Shown: positions 10,310 to 18,999 of the stretch, piece after piece | Layout of the letters: every line of letters begins with the position of its first letter | Position numbering within the stretch: position 1 is the stretch's first letter | Assembly: GCA_963778655.1 (NCBI GenBank) | Contig: CAVZVA010000005.1 | Coordinates: 96,001 to 160,000 of the forward strand | Length of the DNA: 64,000 nt | DNA from: an uncultured delta proteobacterium | GTDB lineage: Bacteria; Myxococcota_A; Polyangia; Polyangiales; JAFGIB01 | Direction of reading: 5' to 3' | Notes under the pieces: generated by a model | The model's database searches: none | What the model saw: only the letters and a program-made list of their open reading frames with translations | What the model was told of the DNA's origin: nothing | Program-made: the position numbers and the translations under genes

Positions 10310-10460
10310 GCTGCGTATGCTCCGCTCGCGCCGGGGCTCACGCGTCCGCGGCGTTGCGGGCAGTGTCAGCGCGTTTTGAAGGAATTTCAAGCCGGCCTGC
10401 ACGAGGACCGCGAGGGGCACTCGCTGGTGCCGCCGCAGCGCTCGAAGGACCGGCCGAGCT

Positions 10461-11075
10461 TCAACCAAAGCCGCCAAAATACGGCAGCGCCTTGGCGGTA
10501 CGCGCGATCTCCGCGCGCGCCTGCAGCAGCTCGGCGGTGGTGTCCCAGCGCCCGCTGCGCAACTGCTCGCGTGGTCCGGCCGGCATGCTCGCTGCCAGCG
10601 TGGTCGCGCCGAAGCGCACCTCGAGCCGCCCGAGGTCCACCGCGACCTCGAGCGCCGGATCCGCGTCCACCGCCCGCGTGAGCTGCTGCAGATCGGCGGG
10701 CTTGAGGCTCAGACACGGAATGCCGAGCGCCACGCAATTGCCGAAGAAGATCTCGGCATAGCTCTCGCCCACGACCGCGCGCAGGCCCTTGCCCCAGCGC
10801 ATCAGCGCCTGCGGGGCGTGCTCTCGCGACGAACCGCAGCCGAAGTTGCGTCCGACCACCAGGATCTGCGCCTGCCGGCGCGCCGGGTCCTCGAAGGGGT
10901 GGGTCTTGCCGGCCTCGGCAAGCTGCTTGCGGTCGTCCTCGAACGCGTGCTCGCCCAATCCATCGAAGGTCACGCAGCGCAAGAAGCGCGCCGGGATGAT
11001 GCGGTCGGTGTCGATGTCGTTGCCGGCAACGGCGACGGCCTTTCCTTCTATGACTTCGCGTTTGGCGTCTTGCAT
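10461..11075 (-). CDS. leuD: 3-isopropylmalate dehydratase small subunit
   Basis: NDIDTDRIIPARFL, NFGCGSSREHAP. Confidence 0.95.
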   Translation of the reverse strand: MQDAKREVIEGKAVAVAGNDIDTDRIIPARFLRCVTFDGLGEHAFEDDRKQLAEAGKTHPFEDPARRQAQILVVGRNFGCGSSREHAPQALMRWGKGLRAVVGESYAEIFFGNCVALGIPCLSLKPADLQQLTRAVDADPALEVAVDLGRLEVRFGATTLAASMPAGPREQLRSGRWDTTAELLQARAEIARTAKALPYFGGFG

Positions 11076-11105
11076 GGCTCTGCTGGCTCCTTGTCGGCTG
11101 CGGCT

Positions 11106-12521
11106 CTACGCGATCGAGAACACTTGGCGCGCGTCGGCGACCTCGCCGCTGACCGCGGCGGCGGCGACCATCACCGGCGACATCAGCAGCGTGCGGCCGG
11201 TGGGCGAGCCCTGGCGGCCCTTGAAGTTGCGGTTGGACGACGAGGCGCACAGCTCGCGCCCCACCAGCTTGTCGGGATTCATCGCCAGGCACATCGAGCA
11301 GCCGGCCTCGCGAAACTCGAAGCCGGCGTCGACGAAGACCCGGTCCAAGCCGGCTTCGATCAGGCGCTTGCGCACCTGTTGCGAGCCGGGCACCACCAGC
11401 GCGCGCACCCCGGCCTGAACCCTCTTGCCGCTGCGCCGCAGGTGGTTGGCGACCTCCTCGAAGTCGGAGAAGCGTCCGTTGGTGCAGGAGCCGATGAAGG
11501 CCACGTCGATCTTGCGCCCGGCGATTGCGCCGCCGGGCTCGAAACCCATGTAGCGGTAGGCCTCCTCGACCAGCCCGCGGTCTTCTGCCGGCAGCTCGGC
11601 GCTGCGCGGGATCGTGCCGCCCACCGGGGTCGACTGCCCGGGCGTGATTCCCCAGGTGACCATCGGCTCGATCTCCTCGCCCCGCACGCGCACCACGTCG
11701 TCGTAGCGCGCGTCGGCATCGGAGCGGACGCTCTGCCAGTAACGCAGCGCGCGCTCCCAGGCCTCGCCGGAAGGCGCATGCTGGCGTCCCTTCAAGTACG
11801 CGTAGGTGGTCTCGTCCGGATTGACGTAACCGCAGCGCGCGCCGCCCTCGATCGCCATGTTGCACACGGTCATGCGCTGCTCCATCGAGAAGCGATCGAA
11901 GACCTCGCCGCCGAACTCATAAGCGTAGCCGACGCCGCCTTGCACGCCCAGGCGGTGGATCACGTAGAGGATGACGTCTTTGGCGTAGACCCCGGGCCGC
12001 AGCGAGCCGCTGACCTCGATCCGCCGCACCTTGAGCTTGTCCATGGCCAGCGTCTGGGTCGCCAGCACGTCGCGCACCTGCGAGGTACCGATGCCGAACG
12101 CGATCGCGCCGAAGGCGCCGTGGGTCGCGGTATGCGAGTCGCCGCAGCAGATGGTCATTCCCGGCTGGGTCAGGCCGAGCTCGGGGCCGATCACGTGGAC
12201 GATGCCCTGCTCGCCGCTCTGCGGCGAGAGATACAGGATCCCGTTCTGCTCGCAGTTGCGCTCCAGCTCGACCAGCATCTGCTCCGCCAGGTCGTCGGCG
12301 AAGGGCCGCAGCTGGCTGCGGGTCGGAATGATGTGATCGCAGGTGGCGAAGGTGCGCTCGGGGTGCAGCACGCCCAGCCCGCGCTCGCGCAGCATCTCGA
12401 AGGCCTGCGGCGAGGTGACCTCGTGGATCAGGTGCAGGCCCATCAGCAGCTGGTACTGCCCCGAGTCGAGCTGGCGCACCGTGTGCGCGTCGAAGACTTT
12501 TTCGTACAGGCTCTTTCCCAT
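11106..12521 (-). CDS. leuC: 3-isopropylmalate dehydratase large subunit
   Basis: [47 protein letters not shown]. Confidence 0.96.
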   Translation of the reverse strand: MGKSLYEKVFDAHTVRQLDSGQYQLLMGLHLIHEVTSPQAFEMLRERGLGVLHPERTFATCDHIIPTRSQLRPFADDLAEQMLVELERNCEQNGILYLSPQSGEQGIVHVIGPELGLTQPGMTICCGDSHTATHGAFGAIAFGIGTSQVRDVLATQTLAMDKLKVRRIEVSGSLRPGVYAKDVILYVIHRLGVQGGVGYAYEFGGEVFDRFSMEQRMTVCNMAIEGGARCGYVNPDETTYAYLKGRQHAPSGEAWERALRYWQSVRSDADARYDDVVRVRGEEIEPMVTWGITPGQSTPVGGTIPRSAELPAEDRGLVEEAYRYMGFEPGGAIAGRKIDVAFIGSCTNGRFSDFEEVANHLRRSGKRVQAGVRALVVPGSQQVRKRLIEAGLDRVFVDAGFEFREAGCSMCLAMNPDKLVGRELCASSSNRNFKGRQGSPTGRTLLMSPVMVAAAAVSGEVADARQVFSIA

Positions 12522-12567
12522 GCTTGCGCTCCTATCGGTTGCTGGCGGGCTGCGAGCACGACCACGA

Positions 12568-13086
12568 CTACGAGTGAGGCTCAGGTACGGGGGGCCTCTG
12601 GGCCTGGCGAGCTGGCGCGGAAGGCTCGGGGGACTGCTCGGCGGCGTAGCGCTCGATGCGCGCGATCAGCTCCTGGCTCAGGCGGTTGAAGCGCTGCAGC
12701 TCGGACTCGGGTAGGTCGCTCCAAATGGCGGCGATCGCGTGCTGTCGTTCGGCGCGCAGGCGCTGCATCGTCTTGTGACCCTTGGCGCTGAGCTCGTACT
12801 GGCGCAGGCGGCCGTCGTCGGGCGACACCGACACGCGCACCAGATCCTTGTCCAGCAGCTGGCGCAGCAGCTTCGAAACCGCGGCCGCGCTGCTCTCGCG
12901 GCTCTTGGCGAACATCGAGGGGATGAAGTGCTCGGTCGAGATCTCCTCGAGCACGCGCCACTGCGGCTCGCTGAGCTCGACTTGCGCCGCGAGCTGCTCG
13001 CGGCGGCGCTGGAACAGCTCGCACAGGCGCTGCAGTCGCTCGATGCTGCAGTGCACGGTCTCGACCGCGGCGCGCGTGCCCGACAT
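12568..13086 (-). CDS. MarR family transcriptional regulator
   Basis: [34 protein letters not shown] (wHTH with DxR motif). Confidence 0.85.
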   Translation of the reverse strand: MSGTRAAVETVHCSIERLQRLCELFQRRREQLAAQVELSEPQWRVLEEISTEHFIPSMFAKSRESSAAAVSKLLRQLLDKDLVRVSVSPDDGRLRQYELSAKGHKTMQRLRAERQHAIAAIWSDLPESELQRFNRLSQELIARIERYAAEQSPEPSAPARQAQRPPVPEPHS

Positions 13087-13091
13087 GACGC

Positions 13092-13118
13092 GTTATATAG
13101 TTAACCAAGGATAACAAT
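13092..13118 (-). promoter_or_regulatory. Putative MarR operator overlapping a -10 element; possibly leaderless marR mRNA
   Basis: AT-rich imperfect palindrome ATAGTTAACCAAGGATAACAAT (13097-13118, 8/10 arm pairs). Minus-strand TATAAC (13097-13092) ends 6 nt before the marR ATG at 13086. Confidence 0.5.
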
Positions 13119-13194
13119 TGCGCAAGGGAAAGTTATTCGTTGCGCGAGGAAGCCTCGCTTGCCTTCGGATCTGGTCATCCGTACAGTGGCGCCG

Positions 13195-15681
13195 ATGGCT
13201 TCCTCCTCCTTCGATCCGCGCCCGTTTTCGAGCCCGCGCGCCGTGCCCTGGCCGCAGCCCGCCGGGCTCACGGCGGTGCTCGAGGGTTGGCAGTCGAGCC
13301 CGCGCGTGTTCCGAAACGTTGCGCTGCACGAGCGCATCCCGGCCGTGCCGGCGCGCTTGGCAGCGCTACCCGAGGGGCTCGCGTCCGGCATCGAGGCCGC
13401 GCTCGCCGCGCGCGGGATCCGCCAGCTCTACGCCCATCAGCTCGAGGCTTACCTGCACGTGCGCGCGGGGCGCGACGTGGTGATCGCCACGCCCACCGCC
13501 TCGGGCAAGAGCTTGTGCTACACGCTGCCGCTGCTGCAGGCGCTGAGCGAGGACCCGAGCGCGCGCGCGCTGTGCCTGTTTCCGACCAAGGCGCTGGCGC
13601 GCGACCAGGAAGCCTCGCTGCGCGCGCTGCTGCGCGACGCGGGCCTGGCGCGCGGTGCCGTCACCTACGACGGCGACACGCCCGCAGACGCCCGCCGGGC
13701 CGCGCGCGAGCAGAGCTCACTGCTGCTGACCAATCCCGATATGCTGCACGCAGGCATTCTGCCGCACCACACCGCGTGGGCGCGCTTCTTCGCCAAGCTG
13801 CGCTACGTGGTCATCGACGAGCTGCACATCTACCGCGGCGTGTTCGGCTCGCATCTGGCGAACGTGCTGCGCAGGCTCGATCGGGTCGCGCGCTTTCACG
13901 GCTCGCGGCCGGTGTTCATCCTCTCCTCGGCCACCATCGGCAATCCGCGCGAGCACGCCGGCCGCATGCTGGGGCGGCCGGTCGAGCTGGTCGAGCACAG
14001 CGGCGCGCCGCTCGGTCCGCGCCGCGTGATCGTCTACAACCCGCCGGTGCTCAATCCCGAGCTGGGCGTGCGCGAGAGCTACCTCAAGGCCGCTGTGCGC
14101 TTGACCAGCGAGCTGGTGCTGGGCGGGGTCAGCACGCTGGTGTTCGGCCAGTCGCGCAACAATGTCGAGGTGATGCTGAAGTACCTGCGCGAGCGGCTCG
14201 CGCGCGCGCACCTGCCCCGCGACAGCGTGGCCGCTTATCGCGGCGGTTACCTGCCGGAGCTGCGCCGCAGCATCGAACAGTCGCTGCGCGACGGCGAGCT
14301 GCGCTGCGTGGTGGCGACCAGCGCGCTCGAGCTCGGCATCGACATCGGCGCGCTCGATGCCGTGGTGTGCGCCGGCTATCCCGGGACGCTGGCGGGGTTG
14401 TGGCAGCGCTTCGGGCGCGCGGGCCGCCGCGGCGGTGAGAGCCTGGCCTTGCTGATCGCCAGCAGCGCGCCGCTCGACCAGCACGTGGCGCGCGAGCAGG
14501 GTTATCTGTTGGGTGCCCCGATCGAGCAGGCGCGGATCGATCCCGACAACGCCGAGATCCTGGTCCAGCATGTCAAGTGCAGCGCGTTCGAGCTGCCTTT
14601 CGAGCGCGGCGAGGCCTTCGGCGGGCTGCCGGGCGAGGTGGTGCAGGACGCGCTCGAGTTTCTGGGTGCCCACGGCTTGCTGCACGCGGTGCAGAGCGGA
14701 GCCAAGACCGTCTACCACTGGGCGAGCGACGCCTATCCGGCCACGCACGTCTCGCTGCGCAGCGTCGGCTGGGACAACTTCGTCGTGATCGACGTGGAAC
14801 ACGATCGCAGCATCGCGGAGATGGACTGGCGCTCGACCCACACCATGCTGCACGAGCAGGCGATCTACCAGCACGAGGGCGAGCAGTACCAGGTCGAGCG
14901 GCTCGACTTCGACAACCACAAGGCATTCGTGCGCAAGGTGGACTCGGATTACTTCACCAACGCGATGACCTACGTGCGCGTGGGCGTGCTGGAGGTCGCC
15001 GAAGAGCTGCCGCTCGCGGGCGAGGACCCAACCGGAGCGACGGGGAGGGCGCGTGCCCTCCCCGGTGAACAAGCACAACCCCGCTGCGGGCGTGGCGACG
15101 TGAGCGTGGTGGAGAAGATCGTGGGTTACAAGAAGATCAAGTACCACACCCACGAGAACGTCGGCTATGGCGAGGTGAGCCTGCCGGAGATGCAGATGCA
15201 CACCACCGCGTTCTGGTTGACCGTGCCCGAGCCGGTGGTGCAGCGTCAGGCAGTGGAGCGGCCGCTGGTCATCGACGCCCTGCGTGGCATCGGCCACGCC
15301 TTGCACACGGTCGCGAGCGTGGGGTTGATGGCCGACCCGGCGGACCTCGGCCATACCATGGGCGACAGGAGCGAGCCGCAGGGCGTGCCGGGCAAGTCGC
15401 CGGGCGGCGGGCCGGGTTTCGATCCCACCCTGTTCGTCTACGACCGCATCCCCGGCGGAGTGGGGCTGTCGCCGCGCCTGTTCGAGTCGCGCGAGGAGCT
15501 GCTGCGGCGGGCGCGCGCGGTGATCGAGGGCTGCAGCTGCGACTTCGGATGCCCTGCCTGCGTCGGGCCGGTCAGCGCTCCGCCGGATGCGGCGGGTGCG
15601 GCCTCACCGTCGCTCTCGCTTTCGCGCAGGTGCATCGCGCTCGCGCTGCTCGCCGACCTGGGCATCGCCGGTACCCATTAG
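13195..15681 (+). CDS. DEAD/DEAH helicase with DUF1998 domain (YprA/MrfA/Hrq1 family)
   Basis: LYAHQ, TPTASGKS, FPTKALARDQ, TNPDMLH, IDELHIYRGVFGS, ATSALELGIDIG, QRFGRAGR, and C-terminal CSCDFGCPAC. Confidence 0.93.
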   Translation: MASSSFDPRPFSSPRAVPWPQPAGLTAVLEGWQSSPRVFRNVALHERIPAVPARLAALPEGLASGIEAALAARGIRQLYAHQLEAYLHVRAGRDVVIATPTASGKSLCYTLPLLQALSEDPSARALCLFPTKALARDQEASLRALLRDAGLARGAVTYDGDTPADARRAAREQSSLLLTNPDMLHAGILPHHTAWARFFAKLRYVVIDELHIYRGVFGSHLANVLRRLDRVARFHGSRPVFILSSATIGNPREHAGRMLGRPVELVEHSGAPLGPRRVIVYNPPVLNPELGVRESYLKAAVRLTSELVLGGVSTLVFGQSRNNVEVMLKYLRERLARAHLPRDSVAAYRGGYLPELRRSIEQSLRDGELRCVVATSALELGIDIGALDAVVCAGYPGTLAGLWQRFGRAGRRGGESLALLIASSAPLDQHVAREQGYLLGAPIEQARIDPDNAEILVQHVKCSAFELPFERGEAFGGLPGEVVQDALEFLGAHGLLHAVQSGAKTVYHWASDAYPATHVSLRSVGWDNFVVIDVEHDRSIAEMDWRSTHTMLHEQAIYQHEGEQYQVERLDFDNHKAFVRKVDSDYFTNAMTYVRVGVLEVAEELPLAGEDPTGATGRARALPGEQAQPRCGRGDVSVVEKIVGYKKIKYHTHENVGYGEVSLPEMQMHTTAFWLTVPEPVVQRQAVERPLVIDALRGIGHALHTVASVGLMADPADLGHTMGDRSEPQGVPGKSPGGGPGFDPTLFVYDRIPGGVGLSPRLFESREELLRRARAVIEGCSCDFGCPACVGPVSAPPDAAGAASPSLSLSRRCIALALLADLGIAGTH

Positions 15682-15690
15682 CGAGGCCCG

Positions 15691-17013
15691 ATGCGCTTGC
15701 GTGAACGACTGGCCGAGCTTGATCCGCGTACCCGGGCTGGCGCGGCGGGCGTTGCGGATGCGGGCGAGGCCGAGCGCCGCGAGCGCATCGAACGCCTGCG
15801 CGAGTTGATCGGCGAGGCCAGCGCGCGCAGCGCAAGGCCGCGGCCGGAGCGCGCGCCGGTCGCGCCCGGCAGGCTGCCTTTGGGTCAGGAGCGCGAGACG
15901 GCCGCAGGTCCGCTGCACATCGTCGAGCGCTGGCTCGAGCCGGGGCACATGCACGGTCGCGTGGCCGTGCGCGACGCGCTCGGCGTCGAGGGCGCGCTGG
16001 TGGCCAAGCTCGCGCTCGAGCCGGCCTTCGAGAGGTTGGATTTCTCGCGCATGCTGATCCTCGACACCGAGACCACCGGCCTTGCCGGAGGCACGGGCAC
16101 CGTGCCCTTCCTGATCGGGCTGTGCTTCTTCGAGGACGGGGTGCTCAAGCTGGAGCAGCTCTTCCTGCGCAACTTGGGCGCCGAGACTCCGCTGCTGCAG
16201 CATCTGGCCGAGCGCGTGGCGCAGGCGAGCTGTCTGCTCAGCTACAACGGCAAGGCGTTCGACTGGCCGCTGCTGCGCACGCGCTTCGTGCTCAACCGCG
16301 TTCCGCTGCCGCCTGCACCGCCGCACCTGGACCTGCTGCACTGCGCCCGGCGCGTGTGCCGGCCGCGCATGCCCAGCGTGAGGCTGACCGAGGTGGAACG
16401 CTCGCTGCTGGGCTTCCACCGCGAGGACGACGTCGACGGCGCGCAGATCCCGGGCCTGTATCTCGGCTACCTGCGCGGCGACGATCCGCGCTGCCTGCTG
16501 CCGGTGCTCGAGCACAACGCGCACGACTTGGTGGCGCTGGCCGCGGTGCTGTCGCGACTGTGCGCGCACTTCGCGGAGGTCCGGCCCGAGGACGATCCGC
16601 GCGACCATCTGGCGTACGCCAAGCTCGCGCTGCGCGGCCGCGATCATCTGCGCGCGCGCGCGTTCGCCGAGGCCGCGGCCGCGGGCAGCGAGAACAGCGC
16701 GCTCGCACGCGAGGCGCTGGCGCTGTGCGCGGCGGCTTGCCGCCGGGGCGGCGACAGCGCGGCGGCGCTGCGCGCGTGGCAGCGTGCGCTGCAGCTCGCC
16801 GATTGTGAGCAATCCCGGGCGCACGCCCACCTGGCGCTCGCGCGCCTGTGCGAGCATGCGCTGCGCGATCCGCGCGCCGCCTATGGGCACGCCCGCCTGA
16901 CGCTGCCGGCGGAGGGCGCGCATGCGCACGGCCGCCGCCTGGGCCGCCTGCACCGCAGGCTCGAGCGCGCGCTCCTTCATGAAACAGGAAGACGGGAAGA
17001 CGGAAAGGCTTGA
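15691..17013 (+). CDS. YprB/MrfB-type DEDDh (RNase H-like) exonuclease with TPR-like C-terminus
   Basis: LDTETTGL, SYNGKAFDWP, HLDLLH, HNAHD; directly downstream of the DUF1998 helicase. Confidence 0.88.
   Translation: MRLRERLAELDPRTRAGAAGVADAGEAERRERIERLRELIGEASARSARPRPERAPVAPGRLPLGQERETAAGPLHIVERWLEPGHMHGRVAVRDALGVEGALVAKLALEPAFERLDFSRMLILDTETTGLAGGTGTVPFLIGLCFFEDGVLKLEQLFLRNLGAETPLLQHLAERVAQASCLLSYNGKAFDWPLLRTRFVLNRVPLPPAPPHLDLLHCARRVCRPRMPSVRLTEVERSLLGFHREDDVDGAQIPGLYLGYLRGDDPRCLLPVLEHNAHDLVALAAVLSRLCAHFAEVRPEDDPRDHLAYAKLALRGRDHLRARAFAEAAAAGSENSALAREALALCAAACRRGGDSAAALRAWQRALQLADCEQSRAHAHLALARLCEHALRDPRAAYGHARLTLPAEGAHAHGRRLGRLHRRLERALLHETGRREDGKA
16976..17008. repeat. REP-like family E copy 1 (left arm only, inside the 3' end of the exonuclease CDS)
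   Basis: TTCATGAAACAGGAAGACGGGAAGACGGAAAGG; nearly identical to 44863-44894. Confidence 0.75.
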
Positions 17014-17223
17014 CGGTTCGAGGCTGGGGTGTCGCTGGATTCAGGTGTAACTTGGCCGCTGAAAGGGGGGGCGTGCGCTTGACCGCCACGCACGACGACG
17101 CGAGCGCCCGATCGCCTGGTGGCGGGGCCATGGTCCCGAAAGCTCGACGGCTGACGCGGGCCCGGCCGCGCCCACTTGCCGCGAGCTGCCTGGCCCGCCC
17201 GAGCGGGGTTGCCTCTGCGAGCG

Positions 17224-17291
17224 CAACAGGAAGACGGGAAGACGGGAAGACCCTAGCTCGTCTGCTTTCCCCGCCTTCCTGTCTTCCCGTC
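17224..17291. repeat. REP-like family E copy 2
   Basis: CAACAGGAAGACGGGAAGACGGGAAG ... TTTCCCCGCCTTCCTGTCTTCCCGTC. Confidence 0.8.
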
Positions 17292-17344
17292 AGTCCTCTC
17301 ACTTCGAGCGCGCATGCGCGTGCTGAGTCGACCCGGTGCAGCCC

Positions 17345-18106
17345 ATGAGCTTCGTGGTCGTCGGGGTCGACTGCGCCACCACCGAGGAGCGCACCGGTCT
17401 GGCGTACGGCGTGCTGGACGCTGCCGGCGTGGTCGAGCTCAGGCGAGCGACCCTCGGCACGGCCGGGGAGTCCGCCGCCGCGACCGTCGCCGGCTGGATC
17501 GCCGGCAAGCCGCTCTATGTGCTGGCCTTCGACGCACCGCTCGGTTGGCCTGCCGCGCTCGGGCCGAGCCTGAGCGCGCACCGCGCCGGCGAGCCGATCG
17601 CGGACGCGCCGGACCAGCTGTTCCGGCGCGAGACCGACCGCTTCGTTCACGCCGAGCTCGGCAAGCTGCCGCTGGAGGTGGGCGCCGATCGAATCGCGCG
17701 CACGGCCCGGGCCGCGCTCGGCCTGCTGCACGAGATCCGCGGCGTGGCACGCGCGCGGCTGCCGTTGCTGTGGAGCCCCGGGCAGGGCTCGGGTGCGATC
17801 GAAGTCTATCCGGCCGCGACCCTGCTCAGCCGCGGCATCTCGGCGCGTGGCTACAAGGGAGATTCGGCTCCGGGCCGCCGAGCGCGTGCGGCGATCTTGG
17901 CGCGGATCGAGCCCGAGCTGCGCTTCGCGCGCCCCCACGATCGCGAGCAGCTGGTCGACAACGAGCACATGCTGGACGCAGCGCTGTGCGTGCTGGCCGC
18001 AGCCGACTTCGCCCGCGGCGAGGCGCTTGCGCCGGGCGACCGCGAGCGCTCCGAGCGCGAAGGCTGGATCTGGTTTCGCGGTCGCGGCCAGCGCGAGTTG
18101 TTCTGA
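17345..18106 (+). CDS. DUF429 family predicted nuclease (RNase H fold)
   Basis: VVGVDCA, AFDAPLGWP, RETDRFV, IEVYPAATL, LDAALC, EGWIW. Confidence 0.85.
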   Translation: MSFVVVGVDCATTEERTGLAYGVLDAAGVVELRRATLGTAGESAAATVAGWIAGKPLYVLAFDAPLGWPAALGPSLSAHRAGEPIADAPDQLFRRETDRFVHAELGKLPLEVGADRIARTARAALGLLHEIRGVARARLPLLWSPGQGSGAIEVYPAATLLSRGISARGYKGDSAPGRRARAAILARIEPELRFARPHDREQLVDNEHMLDAALCVLAAADFARGEALAPGDRERSEREGWIWFRGRGQRELF

Positions 18107-18138
18107 AGCAGCTCCGGGCAACCCGGGCAGGGCGAAGA

Positions 18139-18201
18139 TTCACACCGGGAGACGGGAAGAACAGATGATCGTGGGTCTTCCCGTCATCTGCCTTCCTGTG
18201 A
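18139..18201. repeat. REP-like family E copy 3 (degenerate)
   Basis: TTCACACCGGGAGACGGGAAGA ... TCTTCCCGTCATCTGCCTTCCTGTGA. Confidence 0.7.
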
Positions 18202-18250
18202 CCCTTCGATCCCCTCGCGGCCGCTTTGACTTGGTTGGACGGGAACCAAC

Positions 18251-18787
18251 TTAGGGACAGGGCGCGTCGGGTGCCGGCTGTCCCTCGATGCAGCGCGTCC
18301 AGCAGGTGTGCAGCTCCAGCACCAGGGGATGGCACTCGCTGCCCGCGTCACAGCTGGTGGGACATGCGCCGGGCTCGCCTTCCGGGATCGCCACGTCGCA
18401 CAGCTCCTCCGGATCGAGCGCGCCGTCGCCGCAGCGCACGGAGTCATCCGAAGCCGGGATCGAAGGCGCGCCCGCCGACCCCGACGCTTGCGGCGATCCC
18501 GTCGGGGCCGGCGCGCCGGCGCCTGCCGTGGACCCTGAAGCACCCGCCTCGCCCGCTGGCTCCGAGCCGTCACCCGAGCTCGGGGGCGAGTCTGCTCCGG
18601 CGTCGTCTCCCGCGCCCGCCGTGCCCAGCGCCGCCACGCTCGTGTGGGTTTCCGGCGAGGGGCGCGTCGTGTCCCGGAGATGGGCCTCCAGGTTGGGGTC
18701 TAGCTGGGCACCTCCCCAGCAGCCGCCCAACAGCATACAGGCCAGCAGCGCACCGGTACCGCGCCTCCTGGCCAACCCCCCAATCAT
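18251..18787 (-). CDS. Lipoprotein with myxobacterial Cys-rich (CGDG) repeat
   Basis: Lipobox LLGGC; Ala/Gly/Pro linker; CGDGALDPEELCD...CPTSCD...C..CWTRC. Confidence 0.7.
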   Translation of the reverse strand: MIGGLARRRGTGALLACMLLGGCWGGAQLDPNLEAHLRDTTRPSPETHTSVAALGTAGAGDDAGADSPPSSGDGSEPAGEAGASGSTAGAGAPAPTGSPQASGSAGAPSIPASDDSVRCGDGALDPEELCDVAIPEGEPGACPTSCDAGSECHPLVLELHTCWTRCIEGQPAPDAPCP

Positions 18788-18960
18788 TCTTTCAAAAATC
18801 AGTAATTCCACAGCAATTCATCCATGACATAACGTGTGCACCCGGTCTTCACGCGCTCCCTACGGCTTCATGACGAGGCATTGACCGGTGTTCGGTTGGG
18901 GCGTGCGGCCTGACGTGGCTTGTGGGGCGCGTCCGGCCGGACCCACTCAAAAATGGTGTC

Positions 18961-18976
18961 TGGCCGCTAAAATGCG
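18961..18976 (+). promoter_or_regulatory. Possible sigma54 promoter
   Basis: TGGCCGCTAAAATGCG has GG-N10-GC spacing about 25 nt upstream of ATG 19000; only a partial consensus match. Confidence 0.3.
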
Positions 18977-18999
18977 CTGCTGATAGAACAAAGCTTGGG

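Noticed and set aside
10376..10390. TTGAA-N5-TTCAA palindrome upstream of the LLM gene
   Set aside because: Only 5-bp arms; spacing does not fit FNR/CRP (N4/N6); single occurrence.
12554..12577. GAGCACGACCACGACTACGAG hexamer-periodic tract
   Set aside because: Single short degenerate copy with no inverted partner.
17121..17213. Resemblance to a c-di-GMP-I riboswitch (GAAA loop, GACGC, AGCGGGGTTGCC)
   Set aside because: The conserved GGCAAAC and GCAAAGC motifs and a proper P2 stem are missing.
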